Assembly: GCA_945919455.1 (NCBI GenBank)
Contig: CAMEJH010000001.1
Coordinates: 20,184 to 84,183 of the forward strand
Length of the DNA: 64,000 nt
Direction of reading: 5' to 3'
Origin: an uncultured Clostridium sp.
Lineage (GTDB): Bacteria > Bacillota > Clostridia > TANB77 > CAG-508
Shown here in pieces: positions 8,402 to 18,310 of the stretch (its first letter is position 1; every line of letters starts with the position of its first letter). Below the pieces are notes generated by a model. It saw only the letters and a list, made by a program, of their open reading frames with translations. It searched no databases and was not told the origin of the DNA. The position numbers were made by a program, and so were the translations under genes.

Positions 8402-9181
8402 ATGAAATATTCCGTAATAATGAATGTATATAATGAAGAAAGATATTTAGAATATGCACTGAAATCATTAAGATATTTAAAAAACTATGATGAATTGTTA
8501 ATTGCAGATATGGGAAGTACTGATAGGACTGTTGAAATTGCAAAAAAATATAATGCAAAAGTTATACAAATTCAGTATGATAAATATTTTGACAGAGGCC
8601 GACAAGTTATTATAGAAAAAGCTAAAAATGAATGGTGTTTTTTGCTAGATGCAGATGAAATGATTACAAAATCATTAGGACAAAAAATTGAAGACATAAT
8701 TGAAAAAGATGATTGTGATGCAGTGTATTTTCCTACAATAAATTATTTTTTTGGATTGAAATCAAAATATGGATTACACTATCCTTGTCATCATTGCAGA
8801 TTGTTTAAGAAAAGTGCAATAACGGTGACAGGAATACCACATAATTATCTTAATATAAATAAAGAATGCATAGAGAAATTTGTGTATGGAGAAGAAAATG
8901 CATTAATTCATTTCTCTTTCAATAATATAGAAGAATGGATGAAAAAAAGATATAGATATATTGAACTAGAAAATAATAACAATAAATTTAAAAATCCAAT
9001 TATTTGTGGGATAAAGAGCTTCTGCAGAGCATTTTTTAAAGAAAAAAATTATCAAGGTGGTTATGATGGCTTTATACTTTCAATTTTGTCTTCTGTAAGT
9101 GATCAACTTGCTAATATTAAATTATATTATGAAAATAAAAAGATAGATTCTAACAAAATAAGAGAAAAATATTTAGAATAG
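8402..9181 (+). CDS. Glycosyltransferase family 2 (GT-A)
   Basis: YSVIMNVYNEERYL..ADMGSTDRT and the DxD-type motif LLDADE. Confidence 0.7.
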   Translation: MKYSVIMNVYNEERYLEYALKSLRYLKNYDELLIADMGSTDRTVEIAKKYNAKVIQIQYDKYFDRGRQVIIEKAKNEWCFLLDADEMITKSLGQKIEDIIEKDDCDAVYFPTINYFFGLKSKYGLHYPCHHCRLFKKSAITVTGIPHNYLNINKECIEKFVYGEENALIHFSFNNIEEWMKKRYRYIELENNNNKFKNPIICGIKSFCRAFFKEKNYQGGYDGFILSILSSVSDQLANIKLYYENKKIDSNKIREKYLE

Positions 9182-9189
9182 GTAACAAT

Positions 9190-10254
9190 ATGAATAACAA
9201 AAAGAAAGTAATAATGTTTTGTGAATATTTTGGAAATGGTGGAATTGAAAAAATTTTATCTTATATTAATGAAAATTTAAATAAAGAAAAGTACAGCACT
9301 CAGATTATATGTACTATAAAGAATACACAAATATATGAAGAAGATATAAAAAGCATTTCTAAATTTAAAATTCGCAATCCAATTTATAGGTTTATTAAAA
9401 CAATATTGAATATAAAAAAAGTGACTGCAGATGCAGATATTGTACATTTTAATATACATAGTCCAATTGGTTTACTATATGCTTTTTTAATAAGAAATAC
9501 TAAAGCCAAAATAATCATTCATGCACATAACTCAAATTTTGATAATGATTTTCTTAAGATAAAAACTTTTATAGCTTTTATAATAAAAAAATTATTTCTT
9601 AGTTCTAAATATACATATATAGCATGCTCAGAAAGTGCAGCATTATTTTGCTTTAATAAAAAAACAAAATATACTATTTTGAAGAATGAGATTGATTGCG
9701 AAAAATTTATTTATGATGAGGGAAAGAGAAAAGAATTACGCAAAGAATATAAAATAGGTGCTAATGAAATAATTATAGGAAACATTGGAAGAATAGAGAA
9801 ACAAAAAAATCATGAGTTTTTAATAGAAGTATTTGATGCATTTTTAAAAAAACAAAGTAATGCTAAATTATTCTTAGTTGGAGCGGGAAAGCAAGAAAAA
9901 AAGATTAGAAATTTAATAAATAAAAAGGAAATAAATGATAAGGTAGTTATAATGAATTTCTATAGTGATATAAAAGATTTATATCAGATATTTGATTTTT
10001 ATCTAGTAACGTCTAGATATGAAGGATATGGAATGACTGTTTATGAGGCACTAAATTCATCATTACTTTGCTTTGTATCTGATAAAATTACACAAAATTT
10101 TTCTACCAATGAAAATATTATTCCAATATCATTAAACAAAACACCAGAAGAATGGGCAAGTAAAATTGAAGAATATATAGGATATAAAAGAGAAAAAAAG
10201 CTTAATCTAAGCTCAAATAATTATATTAAAGAATTAGAAAAAATATATAATTGA
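9190..10254 (+). CDS. Glycosyltransferase, GT4-like (GT-B fold)
   Basis: TSRYEGYGMTVYEALNSSLLCFVSD (E-x7-E) and the IGNIGRIEKQKNHEFLI linker. Confidence 0.75.
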   Translation: MNNKKKVIMFCEYFGNGGIEKILSYINENLNKEKYSTQIICTIKNTQIYEEDIKSISKFKIRNPIYRFIKTILNIKKVTADADIVHFNIHSPIGLLYAFLIRNTKAKIIIHAHNSNFDNDFLKIKTFIAFIIKKLFLSSKYTYIACSESAALFCFNKKTKYTILKNEIDCEKFIYDEGKRKELRKEYKIGANEIIIGNIGRIEKQKNHEFLIEVFDAFLKKQSNAKLFLVGAGKQEKKIRNLINKKEINDKVVIMNFYSDIKDLYQIFDFYLVTSRYEGYGMTVYEALNSSLLCFVSDKITQNFSTNENIIPISLNKTPEEWASKIEEYIGYKREKKLNLSSNNYIKELEKIYN

Positions 10255-10261
10255 GGTTTAT

Positions 10262-11228
10262 ATGAGTGAGGTTAGTATAATTGTACCAATTTATAATAGC
10301 GAAAAATATATTTCTGCATGTATAGAATCAATATTACATCAGACTTATAAAGATTTTGAACTATTATTAATAGATGATGGAAGTACTGATAATACAAATA
10401 ATATTATAAAAAAATATAAAGATTCAAGAATAAAAATATATAGGCAAGAGAATAAAGGAACTGGTGCTGCAAGAAATCTTGGAATGAAACATGCAAATGG
10501 TAATTATCTTACTTTTGTAGATAGTGATGATGCAATAGAACAAAGATATTTAGAAATTATGTTAAATGCATGTAAAAATAATAATGCAGATATTGTTTCA
10601 TGTGTATATATGAAAAATGATAAAGAACCAAAAATAAAAATACTAAATAAAACTGAGGCTTTTAGGTATTTAATTAGTTTACCAGAGAAGATACCAATGT
10701 CAGTGGTTCGGCAAAATATTTAAAAACAATATAATAAATGGTATTAGATTTGATGAAAATAATAGATTTGAGGATATTGAAGTAGCAACCAAAGTTTTTC
10801 TAAGTGCTAATAAAGTAATATATATAAATGAAGAATTGTATAAATGTTCTTATAGAAAAAATAGTAGATCAAATTTTTACGAGAGTGATGATAGAATAAG
10901 AGCATGCTACAAATCTTTAAAATTAATAACAAAACAATATGACCTTTTTCTAGATGATTATATTACATACACATTATTTAACTCTATTGCTATAGTTAAT
11001 ATGATGATTTTAAATGATAATTACAATATAAAACTTTTACAAAAAGTACAAAAAATAGTAAAAAAACATATAAAAAGTGTAAAAAAGTCACAATATGGGT
11101 TGTCAAAAAAAATGCAAATATATCTATTTTATTATAATTTTAGTTTATATAAAGTTTTATATAAAGCTTTAAAAATAAAAGGAGGTAAAAATATTGGACA
11201 AGATTTCAGTAATTGTACCAATATATAA
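10262..11228 (+). pseudogene. Frameshifted glycosyltransferase family 2 gene
   Basis: ORF 10262-10723 encodes a normal GT2 N-terminus (VSIIVPIYNSEKYI..LLIDDGSTDNT..FVDSDD) but stops at ..IPMSVVRQNI*. The +1 frame is open from ~10710 and continues in GT2 fashion (GKIFKNNIINGIRFDENNRFEDIEVATKVF..) to 11228. A single-nt indel near 10705-10710 would join them. Confidence 0.6.
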
Positions 11229-12138
11229 TTCAGAAAAATATTTGAGAGTATGTATAGAGTCAATAATTAATCAAACTTACACAAATTTTGAAGTTTTATT
11301 AATTAATGATGGAAGTACAGACAACTCATCAAATATTTGTAAAGATTTCTCTAATAGATATAGAAATGTAAAAACTTTTAATTTAACTCATCAAGGAGTT
11401 GCAAATGCAAGAAATTTTGGCATTAGTAAAGCTAGTGGCCAATACATATGCTTTATTGACTCTGATGACATGATATCTCCTAATTTTTTTAACGATCTTA
11501 TTAATATGATTACAATATATAACTCTGATATAGCAGAAACAGGATTTAGATATATGAACGAAAAACATAAGGAAAAGAAAAGAAAAATAGAGATATATGA
11601 TTCTATAAAAATGGCAAAGCGATTATATAGTAAAAATGGGGTAAGGACAGCAATTATAACAAATAAATTGTTTAACATAAAATTGTTTAAGAATATTAAA
11701 TTTGAAAACAGAGAAAATGAAGATGAATTTATAATACATAAATTGATATTTGCAACAAATAAACCAATTGTTATAGATAATCAAAAATTATATATCTATC
11801 GAATACATAAAAGTAGCAGGCAAACTAATTTTAATGCTGAAAAATTAAGAGTTCTAGAAGTTTTTGAACAAAGAGAAAAATATTTTTCAATAGATGAAGA
11901 ACTTATGATTAAAAATAAAATTGGTAAACTAGATTTAATTTTATACTTATCATATATTTGTAATCAAAATGGAAGAATAAAAGAACAAGAAGAATTGAAA
12001 AAACAGTTTACAAATGAATATAGGAATTTAAATATAAAACCGGACTTTAGGAGAAGAATAAAATATAAAATTTTTATGAAAAATCCACAATTAATTTTAA
12101 ATATTATAGCTTTAAGGAATAGGAAAAAATATGAATAA
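11194..12138 (+). CDS. Glycosyltransferase family 2
   Basis: TTG start 8 nt after GGAGG. ISVIVPIYNSEKYL..LLINDGSTDNS..FIDSDD. Paralog of the genes at 10262 and 12131. Confidence 0.75.
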   Translation: MDKISVIVPIYNSEKYLRVCIESIINQTYTNFEVLLINDGSTDNSSNICKDFSNRYRNVKTFNLTHQGVANARNFGISKASGQYICFIDSDDMISPNFFNDLINMITIYNSDIAETGFRYMNEKHKEKKRKIEIYDSIKMAKRLYSKNGVRTAIITNKLFNIKLFKNIKFENRENEDEFIIHKLIFATNKPIVIDNQKLYIYRIHKSSRQTNFNAEKLRVLEVFEQREKYFSIDEELMIKNKIGKLDLILYLSYICNQNGRIKEQEELKKQFTNEYRNLNIKPDFRRRIKYKIFMKNPQLILNIIALRNRKKYE

Positions 12139-13024
12139 CAAAAATATTTCTATAATTGTAACAGCATATAATTCGGAAAATTATATCGAGAGATGTATAA
12201 AAAGTTTAATTAACCAAACATATAAAAACATTGAAATAATAGTAGTTAACGATGGAAGTACAGACAAAACAATTGATATTTTAAACAAATATAAAAATAG
12301 TATTAAAATTTATGAAAAAGCTAATGAGGGAGTTGCAAATGCTCGTAATTTTGGCATAAAGAAATGTCAAACTGAATATTTTATGTTTGTTGATTCAGAT
12401 GATTATTTAGAAGAGAATGCTGTTAAAATATTATATACTAAATTAGTAGAAACTAATAGTGATATAGTAATGGGAAGTACCAATAATAGTTTAAAAGAAA
12501 TGCTAGTTCTAGAAGAAAATAAGTTTGATTATTTATTTAATAATAAAATAAAATATTTTATGGTACCATGGAATAAATTGTATAAAAAAGAGATATTTTC
12601 AGATTTAAAATATCCAAATTTAACACTAGCAGAAGATGAATATTTAATTCATCATATTTTAGATAAAATAATAAAAATGGTAATAATACCAGAAAAAACT
12701 TACAATTACTTTCATAATCCTGATGGTTTAACTACCACAAAACTACAAAATTATAAAGATATTATATGTGCATTTAAAGATAGATATAATTTCTTTAAAA
12801 ATACAAAATATGAAAAAATTGCTTATAAACAATATATGAATTATTATATAAATATTTTCTGCCAACTTAAAAGAAAAAATATTACACAAAAAGAACTTGT
12901 TTATGAATTTAGAAAAAACATAGTATTGCCAGTAAGCTTTAAATATTTGCTATTTGCAAATGCTGACGAAATATATTATAAATTATTTGCTTTGAGGAGT
13001 AAAATATGGAAAAAATACCAATAG
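12131..13024 (+). CDS. Glycosyltransferase family 2
   Basis: ISIIVTAYNSENYI..VVNDGSTDKT..FVDSDD. Confidence 0.75.
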   Translation: MNNKNISIIVTAYNSENYIERCIKSLINQTYKNIEIIVVNDGSTDKTIDILNKYKNSIKIYEKANEGVANARNFGIKKCQTEYFMFVDSDDYLEENAVKILYTKLVETNSDIVMGSTNNSLKEMLVLEENKFDYLFNNKIKYFMVPWNKLYKKEIFSDLKYPNLTLAEDEYLIHHILDKIIKMVIIPEKTYNYFHNPDGLTTTKLQNYKDIICAFKDRYNFFKNTKYEKIAYKQYMNYYINIFCQLKRKNITQKELVYEFRKNIVLPVSFKYLLFANADEIYYKLFALRSKIWKKYQ

Positions 13025-14028
13025 TATTTTCAACAAATGATAAATTTGCTGATTTATGTAGTGTAGCGATAAGCTCTATTATTCAAAATGGTAATATAAA
13101 TAATTTGTATGATATTTATATTTTTTATACAAGGCTTTCTAATGAAAATATAAAGAGATTAGAGCAAAATACTAAGCAAAATATAAGTATAAAATGCATA
13201 AATATATCAGAATTTATAGACTTTAAAAATTTATATGAGATAGAAAATTATACATATGAAATATATTATAGATATTATATTCCATTAATTTTAAAATATG
13301 AAAAAGTTATATATTTAGATTCTGACATAATAGTTGTAGATGATATAGCAAAACTATATAATGAAGATATTGGAGATGCACCAATCGGAGTAGTAAGAGA
13401 TTTTACACATTATATAGATCATTCAAATTTTGATTTTAATTCTGGAATAATGCTAATTAATACTAAAAAGTTCGAAGAACTAAAAATTAGAGATAAATGC
13501 ATTGAATTAATAAAAAAGAACAATTTTAGATTTCCAGATCAAAATGCGTTAAACATAGCATGTAAAGATAATGCGTATCTGTTAGATCCAAAATATAATT
13601 ACCAAGTAAGCTTAGCATATTATCATAGGTTTAAAAAAGAGATTAGAAAGAATAAATTTAAACAAAAATTTGAAGAAGAACCAATAATAATACATTTTTC
13701 ATATGTTACGAAACCAACTAATAATATATACTCTAAATATAATAAAGATTTTTGGAAATATGCTAAATATACTCCATATTATAATCAATTAGTTGATAAA
13801 TTTTTGGCAGATCCATATAAAGTGTTAAGGGAATCACCAATAGAAGACATATACATTGATATGGCGGAAGAAGGAAAAGTAGGATTAAGAAAAATATTTG
13901 AAACATTATTATACCAATTAAAATATTGGATTTTGTATAAAATAAGAAGAAAGGACAAATGTAAAAATGAAAAAGATAAAAGAATTACTAAAAAAAATAG
14001 TACCAGCGACTTATCAAAAAACAAATGA
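13006..14028 (+). CDS. Glycosyltransferase family 8 (LgtC/GspA-like, retaining)
   Basis: IPIVFSTNDKFADLCSVAISSII, YLDSDIIVVDDI (DxD) and FNSGIMLIN. Lys-rich C-terminal tail. Confidence 0.7.
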   Translation: MEKIPIVFSTNDKFADLCSVAISSIIQNGNINNLYDIYIFYTRLSNENIKRLEQNTKQNISIKCINISEFIDFKNLYEIENYTYEIYYRYYIPLILKYEKVIYLDSDIIVVDDIAKLYNEDIGDAPIGVVRDFTHYIDHSNFDFNSGIMLINTKKFEELKIRDKCIELIKKNNFRFPDQNALNIACKDNAYLLDPKYNYQVSLAYYHRFKKEIRKNKFKQKFEEEPIIIHFSYVTKPTNNIYSKYNKDFWKYAKYTPYYNQLVDKFLADPYKVLRESPIEDIYIDMAEEGKVGLRKIFETLLYQLKYWILYKIRRKDKCKNEKDKRITKKNSTSDLSKNK

Positions 14029-14869
14029 TTTATACAAACTTATGTTAAAAGAAATAATTGATATAAAGAGTAGAGGAACAGTAAAATCAATTTTAGATTA
14101 TGAAGTACAATTAGTGGAACATTGTAATTTAAATTGTAAAGGATGTTCACATTTTTCTCCATTATGCAAAGAAGAGTTTTTAGATGTAAATGAATATGAA
14201 AGAGATTGTAAAAGACTATCAGAACTTTTTGAAGGAGAAGCAAATTTTATCAGACTCATGGGAGGAGAACCTCTATTACATCCTAAAATAGCAGAGTTCC
14301 TAAAAATAACTAGAAATAATTTTCCAACAGCTACTATTGATTTGGATACAAATGGTATTTTAGTACTATCAATGAAAAAAAACTTCTGGAAAGAAATGCA
14401 CGACAACAATATAAATTTAACAATTACTAAATATCCAATAAAATTAGACTATGATAAAATAAAAGAAAAATGTAATAAAGAGAAAGTTAAATTTAGATTT
14501 TTTGACGAACAACCAGTTCGCCAATTTACACATTTGCCATTAGATTTAGAAGGAAGAGGACAAATAGAATGTAACTTTTTTAGTTGTTATTTGGCTAATT
14601 CGTGTCATACATTAAAACATGGAAAAATGTATACTTGTTCAACAGTACCACATGTAAATCATTTTAATGAATACTATAATTGTAATCTGAACATTAGCAA
14701 AAAAGATTCAATAGATATATATAAAGCTACTAGTGGAGATGAAATATTGGAATTTTTAGCAAAACCAATACCATTCTGCAGATATTGTAATGTAAATGCT
14801 AGAGAACACGGATTTGATTGGGAAATATCCAAAAAAGATATTTTAGAATGGTCATTAAGGAGTAAATAA
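13967..14869 (+). CDS. Radical SAM enzyme with C-terminal Cys cluster (SPASM/twitch-like)
   Basis: CNLNCKGCSHF (CxxxCxxC) and MGGEPLLHP. C-terminal cysteines CNFFSCYLANSC..C..FCRYCN. The start overlaps the GT8 gene by 62 nt; ATG 14042 is an alternative. Confidence 0.75.
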   Translation: MKKIKELLKKIVPATYQKTNDLYKLMLKEIIDIKSRGTVKSILDYEVQLVEHCNLNCKGCSHFSPLCKEEFLDVNEYERDCKRLSELFEGEANFIRLMGGEPLLHPKIAEFLKITRNNFPTATIDLDTNGILVLSMKKNFWKEMHDNNINLTITKYPIKLDYDKIKEKCNKEKVKFRFFDEQPVRQFTHLPLDLEGRGQIECNFFSCYLANSCHTLKHGKMYTCSTVPHVNHFNEYYNCNLNISKKDSIDIYKATSGDEILEFLAKPIPFCRYCNVNAREHGFDWEISKKDILEWSLRSK

Positions 14870-14871
14870 AC

Positions 14872-15720
14872 ATGAAATTGACTATTGGAATATGTACATA
14901 TAATAGAAAAAATATAATTGAGTATACATCAAAATCTTTAAAAGAAATTAATAATATAGAATGTGCAAATGTAAAAATATATGATGATAGTAGCGTAGAA
15001 TATGATATTAATTATTTAAAAAAATTATATCCAATGGCAAAAAAAATCAATAGAACGCAAGAAAATTTGGGAGCAGATTATAATACACAAAAAATGTATG
15101 AAGACTTTCTTAAAAGTGAAGATGAATATTTATTTAATGCTGATTCTGATTTGATTTTTAATAAAGATATTCTTACAATAATTGAAAAAAACATTAATAT
15201 TTTAAAGAAAGCAAATAAACCAGTTGTATTTTCAGTGTTTAATACATCAAAACATAAGACTATAAAAGATTTTGATGAAAATCTTTGTATAAAACATTCT
15301 GTTGGAGCAGCAGGAGTAGTATTTAGTAAAGAAGTAATAAAGATGTTTGTAAATAAAATTCCTCAAAAGTATAGTGTCCAAATACCATCAATAGACCATT
15401 GTTTTTGCGATATTTTGAGAAAAAATAAATATGATATATTTTGTACAAAAAAAAGCTATGTACAACATATTGGATTAATAGGACAAAATTCATCAGGAAT
15501 AAATGTTGACTGGGGAAAAGATTTTACAAGTGATACTTTGACTAATGCTAATGCAATAATAGAAGTGCTACAAGGATATTTAATAAATGATATTCCAGCC
15601 AATATATGTAATTTATGCGAACAAGGCAAAGTGGGAAGCAAAACAATAGTAAAAGCATTAGGCTTATGTGTAAAATTTAAAATAAAGAATTTTTGTGAAA
15701 AATTGAAAGGGAAAAAATGA
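14872..15720 (+). CDS. GT-A-fold glycosyltransferase-like protein (paralog A)
   Basis: LTIGICTYNRKNII..IYDDSS..NADSDL (DxD). Clearly paralogous along its length to 17377-18210 (shared CTKKSYVQHIG and NANAI blocks). Confidence 0.65.
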   Translation: MKLTIGICTYNRKNIIEYTSKSLKEINNIECANVKIYDDSSVEYDINYLKKLYPMAKKINRTQENLGADYNTQKMYEDFLKSEDEYLFNADSDLIFNKDILTIIEKNINILKKANKPVVFSVFNTSKHKTIKDFDENLCIKHSVGAAGVVFSKEVIKMFVNKIPQKYSVQIPSIDHCFCDILRKNKYDIFCTKKSYVQHIGLIGQNSSGINVDWGKDFTSDTLTNANAIIEVLQGYLINDIPANICNLCEQGKVGSKTIVKALGLCVKFKIKNFCEKLKGKK

Positions 15721-17372
15721 TTGTTGATTTTATAAAATTAATTGCAAAATATAAACCAATATTTAAAGAAAATAAAAAATATATAGTATTGCTTTTAATA
15801 TTAGCTGGTGTTACAGTAGGTATTTCAATATTGACTCCTGCATTAACTGCTAAGATTATTAGTTATATGGTACAAGGGAAATATACAGCTATTATAATAA
15901 TTCTTTTTTTACTAGGAATAGTACAAACTTTAAATTTAACTTCAAACATTTTAAATTCTAAGGTGTTTTTTAAATTTAGAAAAAATTTTATTTTTAGATT
16001 AAAAAAGCAATTATCAATAAGTATATTAAACTTGGACATGAATACTTTATCAGATAATAGAAAAGGAAAATTCATACAAAGGATAAATAATGACCCATCG
16101 ATAGTTGCTAGTTGTTTAGCAGACATAAAAAAGTACATAATTTTATTATTTACTAATGTTGGAGTAATAATATATACAGTATATTTAAGTCCGATACTAG
16201 GATTAATATATTTAATTTCATCTGTATTAATATTATATATAAGAGGAATAGGGGTAAAAAAGAAAAAAATAATACAAAATTCTTATTATAATGAGCAAGA
16301 TAAAAATACAAGTTTATGGAGTGAAATTTTTAATGGAATAAGAGATATAAAAACAGCAAATGCAAAAGAACAATTTGAAAATAAAACGGCTAAAGCGTTT
16401 GAAAATATAGAAGATTTACAATTTAAGGCTGATTTTTATTTTGATTTATGTGTAAAGGCAACAATTGTTATTGAATGGGTTGCAAATGCTTTAATAGTAT
16501 TAATGAGTGCATATCTTATGAGTAAAGGATATATTGTATTAGAAACTTTTTTAGTGGTATTTATGTATAGAAAAAATATATTTTCATTTTCAGATTGTTT
16601 TACAGATATGCTAGATAGAATGATAAATTTTAATTTATCTAGTGAAAGAATTTTTGAGGTAATTGATATCGCAAATATTCGATTTAATGGAGAAGAATCA
16701 ATAAAAGAATGTGATGGAAATATTGAATTTAAAAATGTATCATTTTCGTATAATGATAAATCTAATTTAATATTAGATAATTGTAATTTGAAAATAAAGA
16801 CTAATGAGAGTACAGCAATTATTGGAAGAAGCGGTGCGGGTAAAACAACAATACTAAATCTTATTTTAAAAATGTATAATGTTACTCAAGGTGAGATCTT
16901 ACTGGACGGAAAAAATATAAATGAAATAAGTGAACAATATATAAGAAAAAATATTTCAATAATTTCTCAAAACTATTATTTGTTTGATATGAGCATAAAA
17001 GAAAACTTAATGCTAGTAAAACCAGACCTTACAGAAAATGAAATGCAAGATGTTTGCCAAAAAGTAGGACTTGATGAATTTATTTTAAGTCTTCCTGATA
17101 AATATGATACCAATATTGGAGAAGGTGGATGCTTCTTAAGTGGAGGGCAGAGGCAAAGACTAGTAATAGCAAGAACTTTATTATTGAATACAAAGATTAT
17201 TTTATTTGATGAAGTAACAAGTTATTTGGATAACGAGTCAAAGCAAGCAGTAAAACAATTAATAGATACTTTAAAGAATAATCATACAGTTGTTTTAGTA
17301 ACACATGAAGATTTTTTAAGAGAAAATTGTGATCAAAAATATTATTTAAAAGATGGAAAAGTGGAGAGATAA
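15717..17372 (+). CDS. ABC exporter, fused TMD-NBD half-transporter (MsbA/PglK-type architecture)
   Basis: Hydrophobic N-terminal half. Walker A GRSGAGKTT, signature LSGGQRQRLVIAR, Walker B IILFDE. ATGA overlap with the upstream gene. No C39 peptidase domain. Confidence 0.85.
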   Translation: MIVDFIKLIAKYKPIFKENKKYIVLLLILAGVTVGISILTPALTAKIISYMVQGKYTAIIIILFLLGIVQTLNLTSNILNSKVFFKFRKNFIFRLKKQLSISILNLDMNTLSDNRKGKFIQRINNDPSIVASCLADIKKYIILLFTNVGVIIYTVYLSPILGLIYLISSVLILYIRGIGVKKKKIIQNSYYNEQDKNTSLWSEIFNGIRDIKTANAKEQFENKTAKAFENIEDLQFKADFYFDLCVKATIVIEWVANALIVLMSAYLMSKGYIVLETFLVVFMYRKNIFSFSDCFTDMLDRMINFNLSSERIFEVIDIANIRFNGEESIKECDGNIEFKNVSFSYNDKSNLILDNCNLKIKTNESTAIIGRSGAGKTTILNLILKMYNVTQGEILLDGKNINEISEQYIRKNISIISQNYYLFDMSIKENLMLVKPDLTENEMQDVCQKVGLDEFILSLPDKYDTNIGEGGCFLSGGQRQRLVIARTLLLNTKIILFDEVTSYLDNESKQAVKQLIDTLKNNHTVVLVTHEDFLRENCDQKYYLKDGKVER

Positions 17373-17376
17373 AATA

Positions 17377-18210
17377 ATGAAATTATATATTGGAGTAACT
17401 ACATATAATAGAAAAGATATTATACAATATAATGCAAAATCTTTATTACAGGTGGATGAAATCGAAAACTGTGAAATACATGTGTTTGATGATTGCAGTA
17501 ATGAGTATAATATGAAATTTTTAAAAAAAATTTATAAAACTGATAAAGTTATTTGTAACAAGGAAAACTTAGGGGCAGATGCTAATGCCAAGAAAATGTT
17601 TATGGACTTTTTAAAAAGTGATTGTGATTATTTATTTTGTGCAGACTCTGATTTGATTTATACTAAAGATGTTTTAAGAGTAATAGAAAAAAGTATATAC
17701 AAAATAAAAAAAGCAAATAAACCAGTTATATTTTCGGTTTTTAGTGAGAAGCATCATACTATATTTGAAGAATTTGATTCAGACCTTTGCAAAAAGAAAT
17801 TTATTGGAGGTGCTGGAACGGTAATGGATAAAGAAATTATAAAGCTGTTTATAGAAAATGTTCCTTTAAAGTATAATAAGGAAATAGAAGGAATAGACTG
17901 TTATTATTGTAGTGTTTTGAATTCTTTAAATTATGATATGTTTTGTACAAAAAAGAGCTATGTTCAACATATTGGGGTTTTTGGACAAGGAGCAAACTTA
18001 GTAGATATTGAATGGGGAATTGATTTTAAAATAGATAGTATAGTAAATGCAAATGCTATTTATTATATTTGTGAAAAATATTATAAAATTGATGAAGAGA
18101 AAATTAAAAGTATGGCATTAAATCTTGCTAAAGTAGATAAGATAGGAGTTAGATTATCAATAAAAATGTTATATTATTCAATAATTTCAAGATTCAAAAG
18201 AAAAAATTGA
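17377..18210 (+). CDS. GT-A-fold glycosyltransferase-like protein (paralog B)
   Basis: ATG 17377 lies 8 nt after GGAGAG; the track's upstream extension overlaps the ABC gene. LYIGVTTYNRKDII..VFDDCS..CADSDL. Confidence 0.65.
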   Translation: MKLYIGVTTYNRKDIIQYNAKSLLQVDEIENCEIHVFDDCSNEYNMKFLKKIYKTDKVICNKENLGADANAKKMFMDFLKSDCDYLFCADSDLIYTKDVLRVIEKSIYKIKKANKPVIFSVFSEKHHTIFEEFDSDLCKKKFIGGAGTVMDKEIIKLFIENVPLKYNKEIEGIDCYYCSVLNSLNYDMFCTKKSYVQHIGVFGQGANLVDIEWGIDFKIDSIVNANAIYYICEKYYKIDEEKIKSMALNLAKVDKIGVRLSIKMLYYSIISRFKRKN

Positions 18211-18245
18211 AAGAAATTTATTTTTGCTAAAATCTTTATAAAGTA

Positions 18246-18274
18246 TTGTAAAAAGTAAAAATATGTGGTATATA
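18246..18274 (+). promoter_or_regulatory. Candidate promoter for the prepilin-like gene
   Basis: TTGTAA (18246-18251), 17 nt spacer, TATATA (18269-18274), with a TG extended -10 (tgtggTATATA). Confidence 0.4.
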
Positions 18275-18310
18275 ATATATATAAAATTCAAAAGAAGAAA
18301 GGGGAAAAAT

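Noticed and set aside
10836-11228. 130-aa ORF listed as a separate gene
   Set aside because: Its frame is open well upstream of the listed start (from ~10710), where it encodes the continuation of the GT2 domain. It is better explained as the distal half of a frameshifted gene.
13967-18310. A RiPP precursor peptide gene for the radical SAM / ABC module
   Set aside because: The genes are packed with overlaps or 2-nt gaps. The only free stretch (18211-18310) contains no ORF with an RBS. The RiPP idea is kept only as a low-probability alternative.
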